From positions 163,761 to 227,760 of the forward strand of contig CAWJHK010000006.1 in NCBI GenBank assembly GCA_963842695.1: 64,000 bases of DNA, read 5' to 3'. A program made the translations under genes and the position numbers. Numbering within the stretch: position 1 is the first letter of the stretch; the number at the start of each line of letters is the position of its first letter. The DNA is from an uncultured Chloroflexia bacterium (GTDB lineage: Bacteria > Chloroflexota > Limnocylindria > Limnocylindrales > CSP1-4). Of this stretch, positions 12,264 to 21,877 are shown piece by piece. The notes beneath the pieces are model-generated. The model saw only the letters and a list, made by a program, of their open reading frames with translations, was not told the origin of the DNA and ran no database searches.

Positions 12264-13351
12264 TGGACGAAGAGCTGCTCCGCCTCGAGGGACTCGAGGT
12301 CCACTTTCCGGTCCGCCGCGGCGTGATGGATGCGCTGGTCGGTCGGCGCAGGCTGGTCGTGCGCGCGGTGGACGGCATCGACCTGACGCTCCATCGCGGC
12401 GAGGTCCTCGCCCTGGTCGGCGAATCGGGGAGCGGCAAGACCACGACCGGTCGCGTCGTGGTCAAGCTCACCCGCCAGACGGCCGGCCGGGTGACGTTCG
12501 AGGGCCGCGACGTCAGCGACGACTGGGGAACGGGCTCGCTGCGCGACTACCGCCGTCGCGTCCAGATCATCTTCCAGGACCCGTACGAGACGCTGAACCC
12601 CAAGCAGACGATCCACGACTTCGTCGCGGAGCCGCTCGTCGTCAACGGGCTGGCGTCGGGCGACGATCGCGAGGCGCGAGTCGTCGCCGCGCTCGAATCG
12701 GCCGGGCTGCGGCCGGCGACGGACTTCCTCGCCCGCTACCCGCACGAGCTGTCGGGCGGACAGCGGCAACGCGTCGTGATCGCCGGTGCCCTCGTCATGG
12801 ATCCCGAGCTGATCGTCGCCGACGAGCCCGTGTCGATGCTCGACGTCTCGATCCGGACCGAGCTCCTGCGGCTGATGCTCGACGTCCGTCGCGAGCGCGG
12901 CCTGACCTACCTGTTCATCACCCACGACCTCTCACTGGCGTGGGTGATCGCGGACCGCATCGCCGTCATGTACCTCGGCAAGATCATGGAGATCGGACCG
13001 GCCGAGACCGTCATCCGCTCCCCGCGCAACCCGTACACGCAGGCGCTCGTGTCGGTCTCACCATCGCCGGACCCGCCCGACGCCGGTCAGCGGGCGAAGC
13101 GGACGATCCTCGAGGGCGAGACGCCCGATGCTGCGCACGTCCCGAAGGGCTGTCGCTTCCATCCCCGCTGTCCGCTGGCGTTCGATCGGTGCCGGGTCGA
13201 CGAGCCGCCGTTGTTCGACCTCGGTGGCGGCCAGGCGGCTGCGTGCTGGCTGGCGGAAACCGACGCGATCCCGGCCGCGAGCCCAGCCGCTGGAGCCGAG
13301 CCGTCCGATGTGGCCGCCGCTGCGGCCGGCCCGGCCACGGGGGCGGCATGA
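12263..13351 (+). CDS. peptide ABC transporter ATP-binding protein (DppF-like)
   Basis: TGATG overlap; GESGSGKT, LSGGQRQR, DEPVSMLD, GCRFHPRC. Confidence 0.92.
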   Translation: MDEELLRLEGLEVHFPVRRGVMDALVGRRRLVVRAVDGIDLTLHRGEVLALVGESGSGKTTTGRVVVKLTRQTAGRVTFEGRDVSDDWGTGSLRDYRRRVQIIFQDPYETLNPKQTIHDFVAEPLVVNGLASGDDREARVVAALESAGLRPATDFLARYPHELSGGQRQRVVIAGALVMDPELIVADEPVSMLDVSIRTELLRLMLDVRRERGLTYLFITHDLSLAWVIADRIAVMYLGKIMEIGPAETVIRSPRNPYTQALVSVSPSPDPPDAGQRAKRTILEGETPDAAHVPKGCRFHPRCPLAFDRCRVDEPPLFDLGGGQAAACWLAETDAIPAASPAAGAEPSDVAAAAAGPATGAA

Positions 13352-13890
13352 AGGCCGAACGCACGCCGCTGCCGCCCCAGCGCATCGCAGAGCTCCTCGA
13401 GGCGTCTGGCGCGATCGTCGTGGCCGAGGTGCTCGGGCTCGGTGATCAGTCCGGCTGGCGCCCGGCCCCCGGTGAGTGGAGCGCCAACGAGTGCGTCGGC
13501 CATCTCATCGAGGCGGAGCGGCGCGGATTCGCAGGCCGGATCCGCTCGATCGTCACGGGCTCCACGCCCGGTACCGCGATCCCTCTCGAGGGCTGGGATC
13601 CGCCCGCTGTCTCGGCGGCACGCGGCGATCACCTGCGGGACGGCGGGGAGCTCGTCGCGGAGCTCGAGGCGCTCCGGGCCGAGAGCGTGGCGCTGGTGCG
13701 TGGCCTGCTCCCGGCCGACCTGGAGCTCGGCGGGATGCACCCGGAGGTCGGGCTCTTGCGCGTCGACGAGCTCCTCGGCGAATGGGTCCACCACGACCGC
13801 AACCACATCCGGCAGATCCTCGCGGTGACCCAGGACCGCGTGTGGGACCAGATGGGCAACGCCAGGCGGTTCAGCCTCGAGGACCTGTAG
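13348..13890 (+). CDS. DinB/YfiT family protein
   Basis: ATGA overlap; PAPGEWS..E.VGHL and HDRNH metal-binding histidines. Confidence 0.8.
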   Translation: MKAERTPLPPQRIAELLEASGAIVVAEVLGLGDQSGWRPAPGEWSANECVGHLIEAERRGFAGRIRSIVTGSTPGTAIPLEGWDPPAVSAARGDHLRDGGELVAELEALRAESVALVRGLLPADLELGGMHPEVGLLRVDELLGEWVHHDRNHIRQILAVTQDRVWDQMGNARRFSLEDL

Positions 13891-13907
13891 GGCCGTCCGG
13901 GCGGCGC

Positions 13908-14768
13908 TCAGGCGACCGGCGACTGCCCGATGGCCGGCCGGTTCGGTTCGATCCCCGTCGCGGCCAGGGCGACCGCGACCCGCCGACGGAGCTCCGTCTC
14001 GACCGCGATCCGGGCGTCGGGCCGGATCCGTCCCGACAGGCGGAGCGTCGCCCCGCCGGCCCGCAGCGCCGTGGTGCCGCTGTACCGCGGCGCTTCCAGC
14101 AGCCGCGGGCTCCACTGCTCGTCGAGATAGATCTCGCTGCCGACACGATCGAGGACCTCGATCGCCCGTTCGACGTCGGCCTCGGCGATCCCCTCGAGGT
14201 GGACCATCGCGATCGCGTAGTTCCGGGTGAGGTTGGTCGAGCGACGGATGAGCCCGTTCGAGACGGAGTGGAGGGCCCCCCGGTTGTCGCGGATCACGGT
14301 GCGCCGAACGCCGACCTCCTCGACCGTGCCCTCGAGCCCCTCGACGACGATGACATCGCCCTTGAAGTACTGACCCTCGACCAGGATCAGGATCCCCATC
14401 AGGTAGTCGAGGACGATGCTCTGCCCGGCGAGCGTGATCGCGGCGATGATGACACCCAGGCCGGCGAGGAGCGGCCACAGGTTGAACACCCCGAACACGA
14501 CGAGGACGACGACGAGGATGTAGAAGAAGCGGAGTCCTCGATCGACGAGATCCTCGATCGTCTCGACGCGCCGGTTGGTCTCGGCCACGACCGACGGGTC
14601 GTTGCCCTGCTCGGCCGCCTGCGACCGGAAGATCCGGATCAGCAGGCGGTGGATCGCGGGCTTCGCGGCTCGCGAGGCGACGAGCAGGATGATCGCCGCG
14701 ACGATGAGGCCGAGCGCGTGGTCGCGGAACCAGATGGCAAGATCGCCGGCGGTGGATGCTGCGTCCAT
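13908..14768 (-). CDS. MscS family mechanosensitive channel
   Basis: Three TM helices, GQSIVLDYLMG, GDVI...GTVEEVGVRRT.IRD..G...VSNG. Confidence 0.88.
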   Translation of the reverse strand: MDAASTAGDLAIWFRDHALGLIVAAIILLVASRAAKPAIHRLLIRIFRSQAAEQGNDPSVVAETNRRVETIEDLVDRGLRFFYILVVVLVVFGVFNLWPLLAGLGVIIAAITLAGQSIVLDYLMGILILVEGQYFKGDVIVVEGLEGTVEEVGVRRTVIRDNRGALHSVSNGLIRRSTNLTRNYAIAMVHLEGIAEADVERAIEVLDRVGSEIYLDEQWSPRLLEAPRYSGTTALRAGGATLRLSGRIRPDARIAVETELRRRVAVALAATGIEPNRPAIGQSPVA

Positions 14769-14887
14769 GGGCTCGATGGGCTCTCAGACGCAACGAACGC
14801 CCGACGGCGGCCGGACCGGAGCCGGGCGGTCACCCGGCTTCGGTCTGCGCATCGAGGGTCGACTGGGTGGTGGCGTGGTCGCGGAGC

Positions 14888-15565
14888 TCAGCTCACCCGT
14901 TCCGCCGCTGCCGGAAGCTCCGCCTCGGCGACCTTGTAGATGCCGAAGCCGATGATCCCGCCGATGACCGGCCCGACGAGGTAGATCCAGAGCTGGCTCA
15001 AGTCGCCGCCGACGAGCGCGGAGCCGATCGACCGCGCGGGGTTGACCGACGAGCCGCTGAGGGTCGCGATGGCGAAGTGGATGGCGACCAGCGTGAAGGG
15101 GATGGCCAGGGCGGCCAGCCCGGGCGAGCGGTTCGAGGAGATCAGGATGACCAGCAGGAAGATCGCCGTGAAGATGATCTCGAGGACGAGCGCGCTGATG
15201 TCGCTGATGCCCGCGCCGGGCTTGGTGATACCGGCAGCGACGGCATTTTGGCTCACGGTGAGGTAGATGACCACCGCGGCAGCGATCGCGCCGATGATCT
15301 GGGCGATGATGTAGCCCACCCCGGCGACCGCTTCCGTCCGCTTGTCGAGGATCATCGCCACCGTCACCGCCGGGTTGAAGTGGCCGCCGGAGATATGGCC
15401 GAACGAGAAGATCGCGGCCAGCAGGCCGAGGCCGAATGAGAACGGGACGACGAGCAGGTTCGGCGCCGGTACCGAGGCGTTCGAGATGGCGGCCACGGAT
15501 CCGTAGCCGATCATCATGAACAGGAACGTGCCGAGCAGCTCCGCGAGGTAGACGCGTGCGTTCAT
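14888..15565 (-). CDS. aquaporin (MIP family)
   Basis: AELLGT, HISGGHFNPAVT and SSVNPARS (two NPA boxes); GGAGGGAG RBS. Confidence 0.93.
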   Translation of the reverse strand: MNARVYLAELLGTFLFMMIGYGSVAAISNASVPAPNLLVVPFSFGLGLLAAIFSFGHISGGHFNPAVTVAMILDKRTEAVAGVGYIIAQIIGAIAAAVVIYLTVSQNAVAAGITKPGAGISDISALVLEIIFTAIFLLVILISSNRSPGLAALAIPFTLVAIHFAIATLSGSSVNPARSIGSALVGGDLSQLWIYLVGPVIGGIIGFGIYKVAEAELPAAAERVS

Positions 15566-16230
15566 GCTCCCTCCTCTGACTGTGAACGAGACTTGGGCGC
15601 GTCCAAGATACGCACCGCCGCAAGTGCCCCGCGAATCAGCAGCGCGTCCCGCCACGCGCGGCAGAGGACCTCGATGAGCTCGAGCCGGTCGACCGCCTGG
15701 TGGAGGTCGACCCCGACTGCCACCGCCCCATGCCGTTCCAGGATCACCGCAGGGGCGAGCGGCTCGGGTGGCTCGGACAGTGCTGCCGCGATGCGACCGG
15801 CAAGCTCGAGGCTGCCCATCTCGCCGAACGGCAGGTAGGGCAGCCGCGGCAGGTGAACGGCCGTCTCCGGGAGGGCCGCCGGATCGGGCGCCTCGCCCGC
15901 CAGCGTCAACGCCATCGAGGCCGGCAGGTGCGCGTGGGCCACCGCGCCGATGTCGGGTCGCGCCGCGTGGATCGCGAGATGGATCGCCAGGTCCGAGGTC
16001 GGCCCGAGGCCGCTCCGCGAGGTCGCCGCACGCTCGTCGTGGCCGATCCTGACGACCACCAGGTCATCCTCGCCGAGCTCGTCCTTGCGGCGGCCCGTCG
16101 GAGTCACGAGGAGCCGCTCGCGATCGAGCCGGATGGAGAGGTTGCCTTCGCCGGCCGAGATCAGACCGCGCCCGCCGAGCCGGCGACCCGCAGCGATCAG
16201 CTCGGCCGCCGCGAGCGCGAGGGGATCCAT
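15562..16230 (-). CDS. class II aldolase/adducin family protein
   Basis: EGNLSIR, VTPTG, HLAIH..RPD..AV.HAH, LERHG; leaderless TAGCAT-N6-ATG. Confidence 0.88.
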   Translation of the reverse strand: MDPLALAAAELIAAGRRLGGRGLISAGEGNLSIRLDRERLLVTPTGRRKDELGEDDLVVVRIGHDERAATSRSGLGPTSDLAIHLAIHAARPDIGAVAHAHLPASMALTLAGEAPDPAALPETAVHLPRLPYLPFGEMGSLELAGRIAAALSEPPEPLAPAVILERHGAVAVGVDLHQAVDRLELIEVLCRAWRDALLIRGALAAVRILDAPKSRSQSEEGA

Positions 16231-16311
16231 CGCGCCATGCTACGACGCGGCCAGGACGCGAAACGGGCGCCGGTTGCACCCGACGCCCGATCGTTTGCTC
16301 GCCCGACGATG

Positions 16312-16830
16312 TCAGGGCGTGGGAATCGTCCAGAGACCGCGGCCGTGCGTCGCCGCGATGATGTAGCTCCCATCGGGGCTCAGCTGGAGGTCGTTCACCG
16401 AGGCGTTCGGGAGGCCGGTGCCGAACCGCGCCCACGTCGCGGCCCCGTTGTCCGATCGGAACACGCCGATGTCCGTACCGACGATGAGCTTTCCGCTCGG
16501 CGTCAGCACGAGGTCGTCGCCCGGTGCATCCGGGAGATCGCCGCTGATGTCGGTCCAGGTCGCGCCGCTGTCGGTCGTCTCGAAGACGTGACCCTCACCG
16601 GCCGAGAACACGTTGGTCCAGCGGCGCGAGAAGCCGTTGAAGACGACATACGCGTGGTTCGGGTGATCCCGCTCCACGACGAGCCCCTGGATGAACCGGT
16701 TCGGGAAGTCGGTCGGCAACGCCAGCTGGTGAACGGTGCCGCCGGCGTTGGTGAGGATCCCGCGCGCGAAGCCTGCGGCATTGCACGGTCCGCACCACGC
16801 CGCGTACCAGGTGCCGTTGGACATCGCCAC
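16312..16830 (-). pseudogene. C-terminal fragment of a BNR/Asp-box beta-propeller (glycoside hydrolase/sortilin-like) protein
   Basis: Asp-boxes TTDSGATW and SDNGAATW, GTDIGVF, terminal ATHGRGLW. No signal peptide or RBS; the frame runs into the divergent MFS promoter. Confidence 0.7.
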
Positions 16831-16847
16831 CTGGGTACCATCGGCCG

Positions 16848-18089
16848 ATGCCCACCGAGGCGGAGGCGAGCCCGCCCGAGCTGCCGCTCGCCCGGAACCG
16901 CGACTTCAAGGTCCTGCTGTCGAGCCAGGCGATCTCGTCGTTCGGTGATGCGGTCAGCTTCACCGCGCTGCCCCTGCTCGTGCTGGCCCTCACCGGCTCC
17001 GGCCTGGCGATGGGTGTCGTCGGGGCCATCCAGACCCTGCCGGACCTCGTGTTCGCGATGGTCGCCGGCGCGATCGCGGACCGCAGCGACCGGAAGCGGA
17101 TCATGTTCCTGGCCGACCTGGGTCGGGCGGTCCTGACCGCGCTGATCCCGATCTCCGTCGCGCTGGACGGTCCGACGATGGCGGTCGTCCTCGTCGTCGC
17201 CGCACCGACGGCCATCCTCCGGGCGTTCTTCCTGGCGGGCTACACGGCCTCGATCCCGGCCCTCGTCGGGCGGAGCCAGGTCGGTCGCGCGAACTCGTAC
17301 TTCGAGGCCATCTATTCGCTCGGCTTCATCCTCGGCCCTGCCATCGCCGGGTTCCTGGCGGCGACCATCGGTCCCGGCCCGACGCTCGCCATCGACGCCG
17401 CGTCGTTCCTGCTGTCCGCGGCGGGCCTGCTCTTCGTCCATCGTGAGCTGCGGGCGCCGGTCGACCGTCCGCGACAGCGCCTCCTGACGGACATCCGCGA
17501 AGGCATCGACTACATCCTCGCCAGCCCGCCGCTCCGCACCATGATCCTCTTCTGGGGCACGATCTCGATCCTGCTCGCACCGCTCGTCACGGCCCTGACC
17601 GTGCGGATCACCCGTGACCTCGACCTCGCTCCGTCGATTCTCGGCCTGCTGCTGGCGGCGTATGGCGTCGGTGCGGTCACGGGCTCCCTGCTGATCGCCC
17701 GGACGATCGGTCGCGCGCCGCCCGGCCGTATCCTCGTCGGAGGCAGCCTGACGACCGGGCTCGCGCTCGTAGCGCTGTCGATCGTGACGCAGGTCCCGGG
17801 CCTGCTCGTGGTCGCCGTCGTGGCCGGCGCCGCCCAGTCCATGGTCCTGGTCACGTACATCAGCCTGCGCACGGCCTATTCGCCCGACGATCTCCTCGGC
17901 CGGATCGGCGCCACGGCACGGACGATCTCCCTCGGCCTCCAGCCGGTGGGCCTGCTCGTTGGCGGAGCGCTCATCGACCTCACGAGCGGCTCGACCACGA
18001 TCGGGCTGATGGGCGTTGTCGTGGCAGGCGTCAGCATTGCCTTCGTCCCCGTCGGGGCGCTCCGGCGCGCGTCACTCCAGCCGCGTTGA
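16848..18089 (+). CDS. MFS transporter
   Basis: About 12 hydrophobic segments, motif A GAIADRSDRKRIM; TACCAT-N6-ATG. Confidence 0.9.
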   Translation: MPTEAEASPPELPLARNRDFKVLLSSQAISSFGDAVSFTALPLLVLALTGSGLAMGVVGAIQTLPDLVFAMVAGAIADRSDRKRIMFLADLGRAVLTALIPISVALDGPTMAVVLVVAAPTAILRAFFLAGYTASIPALVGRSQVGRANSYFEAIYSLGFILGPAIAGFLAATIGPGPTLAIDAASFLLSAAGLLFVHRELRAPVDRPRQRLLTDIREGIDYILASPPLRTMILFWGTISILLAPLVTALTVRITRDLDLAPSILGLLLAAYGVGAVTGSLLIARTIGRAPPGRILVGGSLTTGLALVALSIVTQVPGLLVVAVVAGAAQSMVLVTYISLRTAYSPDDLLGRIGATARTISLGLQPVGLLVGGALIDLTSGSTTIGLMGVVVAGVSIAFVPVGALRRASLQPR

Positions 18090-18097
18090 TCCGTCCT

Positions 18098-18241
18098 TCA
18101 GGCAGCCTTGCCGATCGGCTCGGCGATGGCGTCCGGAGCCAGCTCGACATGGACGCCACAGTCCACGCAACGGATCTCGCCGCCGTCGGCGACCTCGACG
18201 GTGGCCGTTCCGGCGCACCATGGGCACTCGATATGGATCAT
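18098..18241 (-). CDS. 47-aa zinc-ribbon microprotein (absent from ORF track)
   Basis: AGGAG-N9-ATG; MIHIECPWCAGTATVEVADGGEIRCVDCGVHVELAPDAIAEPIGKAA with two CxxC pairs. Confidence 0.75.
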   Translation of the reverse strand: MIHIECPWCAGTATVEVADGGEIRCVDCGVHVELAPDAIAEPIGKAA

Positions 18242-18312
18242 CTCGTTCGACTCCTGTGCTTGCCCCGTCCTCCTCGTCGAGGACCGCTCGACCCGAACGT
18301 TGACGGCGGGCT

Positions 18313-19266
18313 GTGACAGCTAGCGTGTCAACGCCCGCGATCGACCTCGCCGGGGTGGTCAAGGCCTACGGCCGGACGCGCGCGCTCGACGGGCTCGACC
18401 TGTCCGTCGGGCGCGGCGAGCTGGTCGGCCTGCTGGGACCCAACGGCGCCGGCAAGACGACCACGGTCAAGCTGCTCCTCGGCCTGGCGCGTCCGACGTC
18501 GGGTACCGGGCGGGTCCTGGGCGCCCCGCTCGGCGACCGGCGTGCTCGCGCCCGGATCGGGTACCTGCCCGAGCTCTTCCGGTACCAGCCGTGGCTGACC
18601 GCGCGAGAAGTCCTCGGTCTGCACGCGGAGCTCGGTCGGCTCCCGCGCGAACGCCGCCCCGACGGCATCGAGGCCGCCCTCGAGCGCGTCGGCCTCCGCG
18701 AGCGGGGGAGCGACCGCGTCGGCGGCTTTTCGAAGGGGATGCAACAGCGTCTCGGGCTCGGCGTCGCGCTGCTCGGCACGCCGGAGCTGATCCTGCTCGA
18801 CGAGCCGACATCCGCCCTCGATCCTGTCGGCCGAGCCGATGTCCGCGCGATCGTCCGCGATGCGCGCGATCGGGGTGCGACCGTGATCCTGAATTCGCAC
18901 CTGCTGTCCGAGGTCGAGCAGGTCTGCGACCGGGTCGTGATCCTCCATCACGGCAAGGCGATCGCCGACGGGACGCTCGACGAGGTCGTCGCCGTCGACG
19001 GAGTCAGGGTCCGCCTCGAACGCATCACCCCGGCCATCGAAGCTGCTGCGGCCGCGTTCGGCCCGGCAACGGTCGGCGCCGATGGCTGGCTGACCGTCCG
19101 CCCGCTCCCGGCCCAGCGGATCCCCGACCTCGTCGCCGCGGTCGTCGGCGCCGGCGGGCGGGTCGAAGCGGTCGAGCCGGGACGTGGCTCGCTCGAGACG
19201 CGTTTCCTCGAGCTCCTGTCGGACACCGACGGCGACGCGACGCAGGCCGGGGCTTCGCAGCCGTGA
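18313..19266 (+). CDS. ABC transporter ATP-binding protein (exporter type); start approximate
   Basis: GPNGAGKTT, FSKGMQQR, LDEPTSALD, H-loop NSH. Confidence 0.9.
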   Translation: MTASVSTPAIDLAGVVKAYGRTRALDGLDLSVGRGELVGLLGPNGAGKTTTVKLLLGLARPTSGTGRVLGAPLGDRRARARIGYLPELFRYQPWLTAREVLGLHAELGRLPRERRPDGIEAALERVGLRERGSDRVGGFSKGMQQRLGLGVALLGTPELILLDEPTSALDPVGRADVRAIVRDARDRGATVILNSHLLSEVEQVCDRVVILHHGKAIADGTLDEVVAVDGVRVRLERITPAIEAAAAAFGPATVGADGWLTVRPLPAQRIPDLVAAVVGAGGRVEAVEPGRGSLETRFLELLSDTDGDATQAGASQP

Positions 19267-20114
19267 TCGTCATCGCCCGGTTGACGGTCCGCGAGCTGTT
19301 CCGCCGGCGGGTCGTCTGGGTGCTCGCGGTCCTCACGATCGTCTCGGTGGGGCTCGTTGGTTGGGGGCTCGATCGCCTGGTCGACCTCGCGCGTGAGCAC
19401 CAGGCATCGGAGCTCGAGATCCAGATCGGCGTGTCGCAGGTCCTGATCCTGATCGCGTTCATGTTCAGCTTCGTGCTCGCGATGACGGCGGCGTTCGTGG
19501 GCGCCCCGGCGATCGGCGGCGATCTCGAGAGCGGCGTCGCCTACGCGATCCTCGCCCGGCCCCTGCGCCGTGCCGACCTGCTCGTCGGTCGCTGGATCGG
19601 CTCGGCGATCGTGGTCGTCGCGTACGCCGCCGCGTCCGGCCTGCTGGCGATCGGCGTGGCCGTCCTCGTCTCCGGTCACGGTCCGCCCGAGCCGCTGCTC
19701 GCCGTGGCCTTCCTGGCGGGCGAGGCACTCGTCCTGTTGACGCTGACGCTCGCGCTCGGCTCGGTCATGCCGTCGATCGCCGCCGGAGCGATCGCCGTGG
19801 TCGGCTTCGGGCTCGGCTGGATGGCCGGGGTCCTGGCCGGCGTGGCGGCTGCCCTCGGTGTCGAGGGGCTCAAGGGGGTCGCCGAGGTCAGCCGCTGGAT
19901 CCTGCCGACGGACGGGCTCTGGCGCGGCGTCATCTACGGCCTCGAGCCGCCGCTGGTCGCGCTCATCGCCGCGGGTCGCGCGCCGAACCTCGTCGAGGCC
20001 AACCCGTTCTACGCCGCGACCCCACCGCCGCTGCCGTTCGTGATCTGGTCGGTCGTCTGGATGGCGGCGGTGCTCGGCATCGCGACCTGGTGGTTCTCGC
20101 GACGCGATCTGTGA
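19263..20114 (+). CDS. ABC-2 type permease
   Basis: GTGA overlap; IARLTVRELFRRR, DLESG...ILARPLRR, six TM helices, FSRRDL end. Confidence 0.85.
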   Translation: MIVIARLTVRELFRRRVVWVLAVLTIVSVGLVGWGLDRLVDLAREHQASELEIQIGVSQVLILIAFMFSFVLAMTAAFVGAPAIGGDLESGVAYAILARPLRRADLLVGRWIGSAIVVVAYAAASGLLAIGVAVLVSGHGPPEPLLAVAFLAGEALVLLTLTLALGSVMPSIAAGAIAVVGFGLGWMAGVLAGVAAALGVEGLKGVAEVSRWILPTDGLWRGVIYGLEPPLVALIAAGRAPNLVEANPFYAATPPPLPFVIWSVVWMAAVLGIATWWFSRRDL

Positions 20115-20194
20115 TCGACGCGGCGTGCGCCCGCGTACACTCGGAGAACGGCCGGCAGTGATCGTCTCGAGGCCGAAGGAGGGGTCAGGATCCG

Positions 20195-20482
20195 ATGTGC
20201 TGCGTGATCGCTTCGTTGTTCGCGCTCGGCCCGAGGGCCGCGATCCTGTTCTGGTGGCTGATCGAGCCGGTGCGCTGGAGCGCGACCTTCGACACGTTCG
20301 TGTGGCCGTTCCTCGGCTTCCTGGTCATGCCCTGGACGACGCTGATGTACGTGCTCGTCTACCCGGCTGGCATCAACGGCTTCGACTACGTCTGGCTCGT
20401 GATCGCGATCTCGTTCGACGTGTTCACGTGGTTCGGCGGCGGCTATACCAACCGCGACAGGATGCCGACGTCGGCAGCCTGA
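20195..20482 (+). CDS. small membrane protein of unknown function
   Basis: AAGGAGG RBS; Trp/Phe-rich 3-TM pattern (GPR, PWTTLMY). Confidence 0.75.
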   Translation: MCCVIASLFALGPRAAILFWWLIEPVRWSATFDTFVWPFLGFLVMPWTTLMYVLVYPAGINGFDYVWLVIAISFDVFTWFGGGYTNRDRMPTSAA

Positions 20483-20498
20483 CGGGGGTCGCGAGCCC

Positions 20499-21083
20499 CT
20501 ACCCGCGGTAGCGGAAGCAGCCGGGCACGTGGTCGTCGACCAGCCCGACGCTCTGCATGAACGCGTAGACGATCGTCGAGCCGACGAAGCGGAAGCCCCG
20601 CTTGCGGAGGTCCTTCGACAGGGCGTCGGAGACCGGGGTCGTGTCCGGGATCTCGCCTGACCGGGCGCTCGGCGGCAGGATCGCCGGCGGTGGCGGCACC
20701 ATCGTCGCGAGATAGCGATCGAACGAGCCGAACTCGTCGGCCAGGGCAAGCACGCCCTCTGCGTTGCCGACGGTCGCATCGATCTTGGCGCCGTTACGGA
20801 CGATCGAGGCGTCCGCCATGAGGCGCTCGCGGTCGGCCGGGCCGAACGCCGCGACGATCCTCGGGTCGAACCCACGGAACGCCGTCCGGAAGCCCTCGCG
20901 CTTGCGGAGGATCGTCGACCACGACAACCCGGCCTGGAACGACTCGAGCGCGAGCCGCTCGAACAGCTCGGTCGTGTCGTGGACGCGGCGGCCCCACTCG
21001 AGGTCGTGGTAGGCGACCATCAGCGGGTCGGGCCTGGCGGCGTCGGCTCCCGCCCACCAGCAGCGCGGTCGTGGCTCGATCAT
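20499..21083 (-). CDS. tag: DNA-3-methyladenine glycosylase I
   Basis: RCWW, YHDLEWG, LESFQAGLSW, IVRN..KI, GFRFVGST, DDHVPGC. Confidence 0.95.
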   Translation of the reverse strand: MIEPRPRCWWAGADAARPDPLMVAYHDLEWGRRVHDTTELFERLALESFQAGLSWSTILRKREGFRTAFRGFDPRIVAAFGPADRERLMADASIVRNGAKIDATVGNAEGVLALADEFGSFDRYLATMVPPPPAILPPSARSGEIPDTTPVSDALSKDLRKRGFRFVGSTIVYAFMQSVGLVDDHVPGCFRYRG

Positions 21084-21132
21084 GACCAGCCACGATACGC
21101 GTCCGGCTCCCTCTCGTTGCTACCCTGACGCG

Positions 21133-21657
21133 ATGGGAATGCGGTGCTACCTCGGACACGGCGCGAGCGGGACCGCGGCGAGCATGGCCCCGTTCGTCGA
21201 CGGCCTGCGAGAGCGGGGAGTCGACGCGACCGCGATCGACCTGCCCAAGCGGAAGGCCGAGGATGCCGTGCCGGCATTCCATCTCGTCGTGCCCTCGACC
21301 CCCGACGTGGCGGTCGGCGGTCACTCGTTCGGCGGACGTGTGGCCAGCCTCGCCGCGAGCGAGCCGGACGCCCCGTATGCCGCGCTCGTCCTCTTCAGCT
21401 ATCCGCTCCACCCACCGGGCTCACCCGAGCGCACCGATGCCCGGATCGCCCACTGGCCGGCGATCCGCTGCCCCGTGCTGCTCCTGTCCGGCGAGTCGGA
21501 TCCGTTCGCCCGGATCGAGCTGTTGCGCGCCGTCGTGCCGCGGCTCGCACGAGCCGAGCTGGTGACCTACCCGAAGCTCGGCCACACGCTCAAGCCCGTC
21601 CTGGACGACGCCCTCGATCGCGCCGCCGCGTTCCTCAAGAACGCCGGCGCGCCGTAG
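21133..21657 (+). CDS. small alpha/beta hydrolase (KANL3/Tex30-like)
   Basis: HGA, GHSFGGR nucleophile elbow, YPLHPPG, GESDPF, GH. Confidence 0.85.
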   Translation: MGMRCYLGHGASGTAASMAPFVDGLRERGVDATAIDLPKRKAEDAVPAFHLVVPSTPDVAVGGHSFGGRVASLAASEPDAPYAALVLFSYPLHPPGSPERTDARIAHWPAIRCPVLLLSGESDPFARIELLRAVVPRLARAELVTYPKLGHTLKPVLDDALDRAAAFLKNAGAP

Positions 21658-21877
21658 AACAGGGACCAATAGGTCGAATTGCCCCCTTGCGGCGCGTCTG
21701 GCGCGATGCCTACCCTGTCGGTCCCCCAGGCCCGGGCGCCCGACAGGCCCGGTCCTCAGCCACGCACGTCGCCATCCGATGGGCTCCGCGGCCCCAACCG
21801 CGGGTGCGTCCTCGAGATCGGCGGCCCGGCCGACGTTCGGCGCGCTCACCGTGCCGTCCCGGTAGAGAGGAGCCCCA

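Noticed and set aside
18086-18323. Plus-strand 71-76 aa ORFs in the track
   Set aside because: No RBS or motif; the minus-strand CxxC microprotein explains the region better.
21720-21877. c-di-AMP (ydaO) riboswitch before the transglycosylase-like gene
   Set aside because: The context fits and CCCGGTAG is present, but I could not find the other conserved ydaO blocks. Kept only as an unassigned leader motif.
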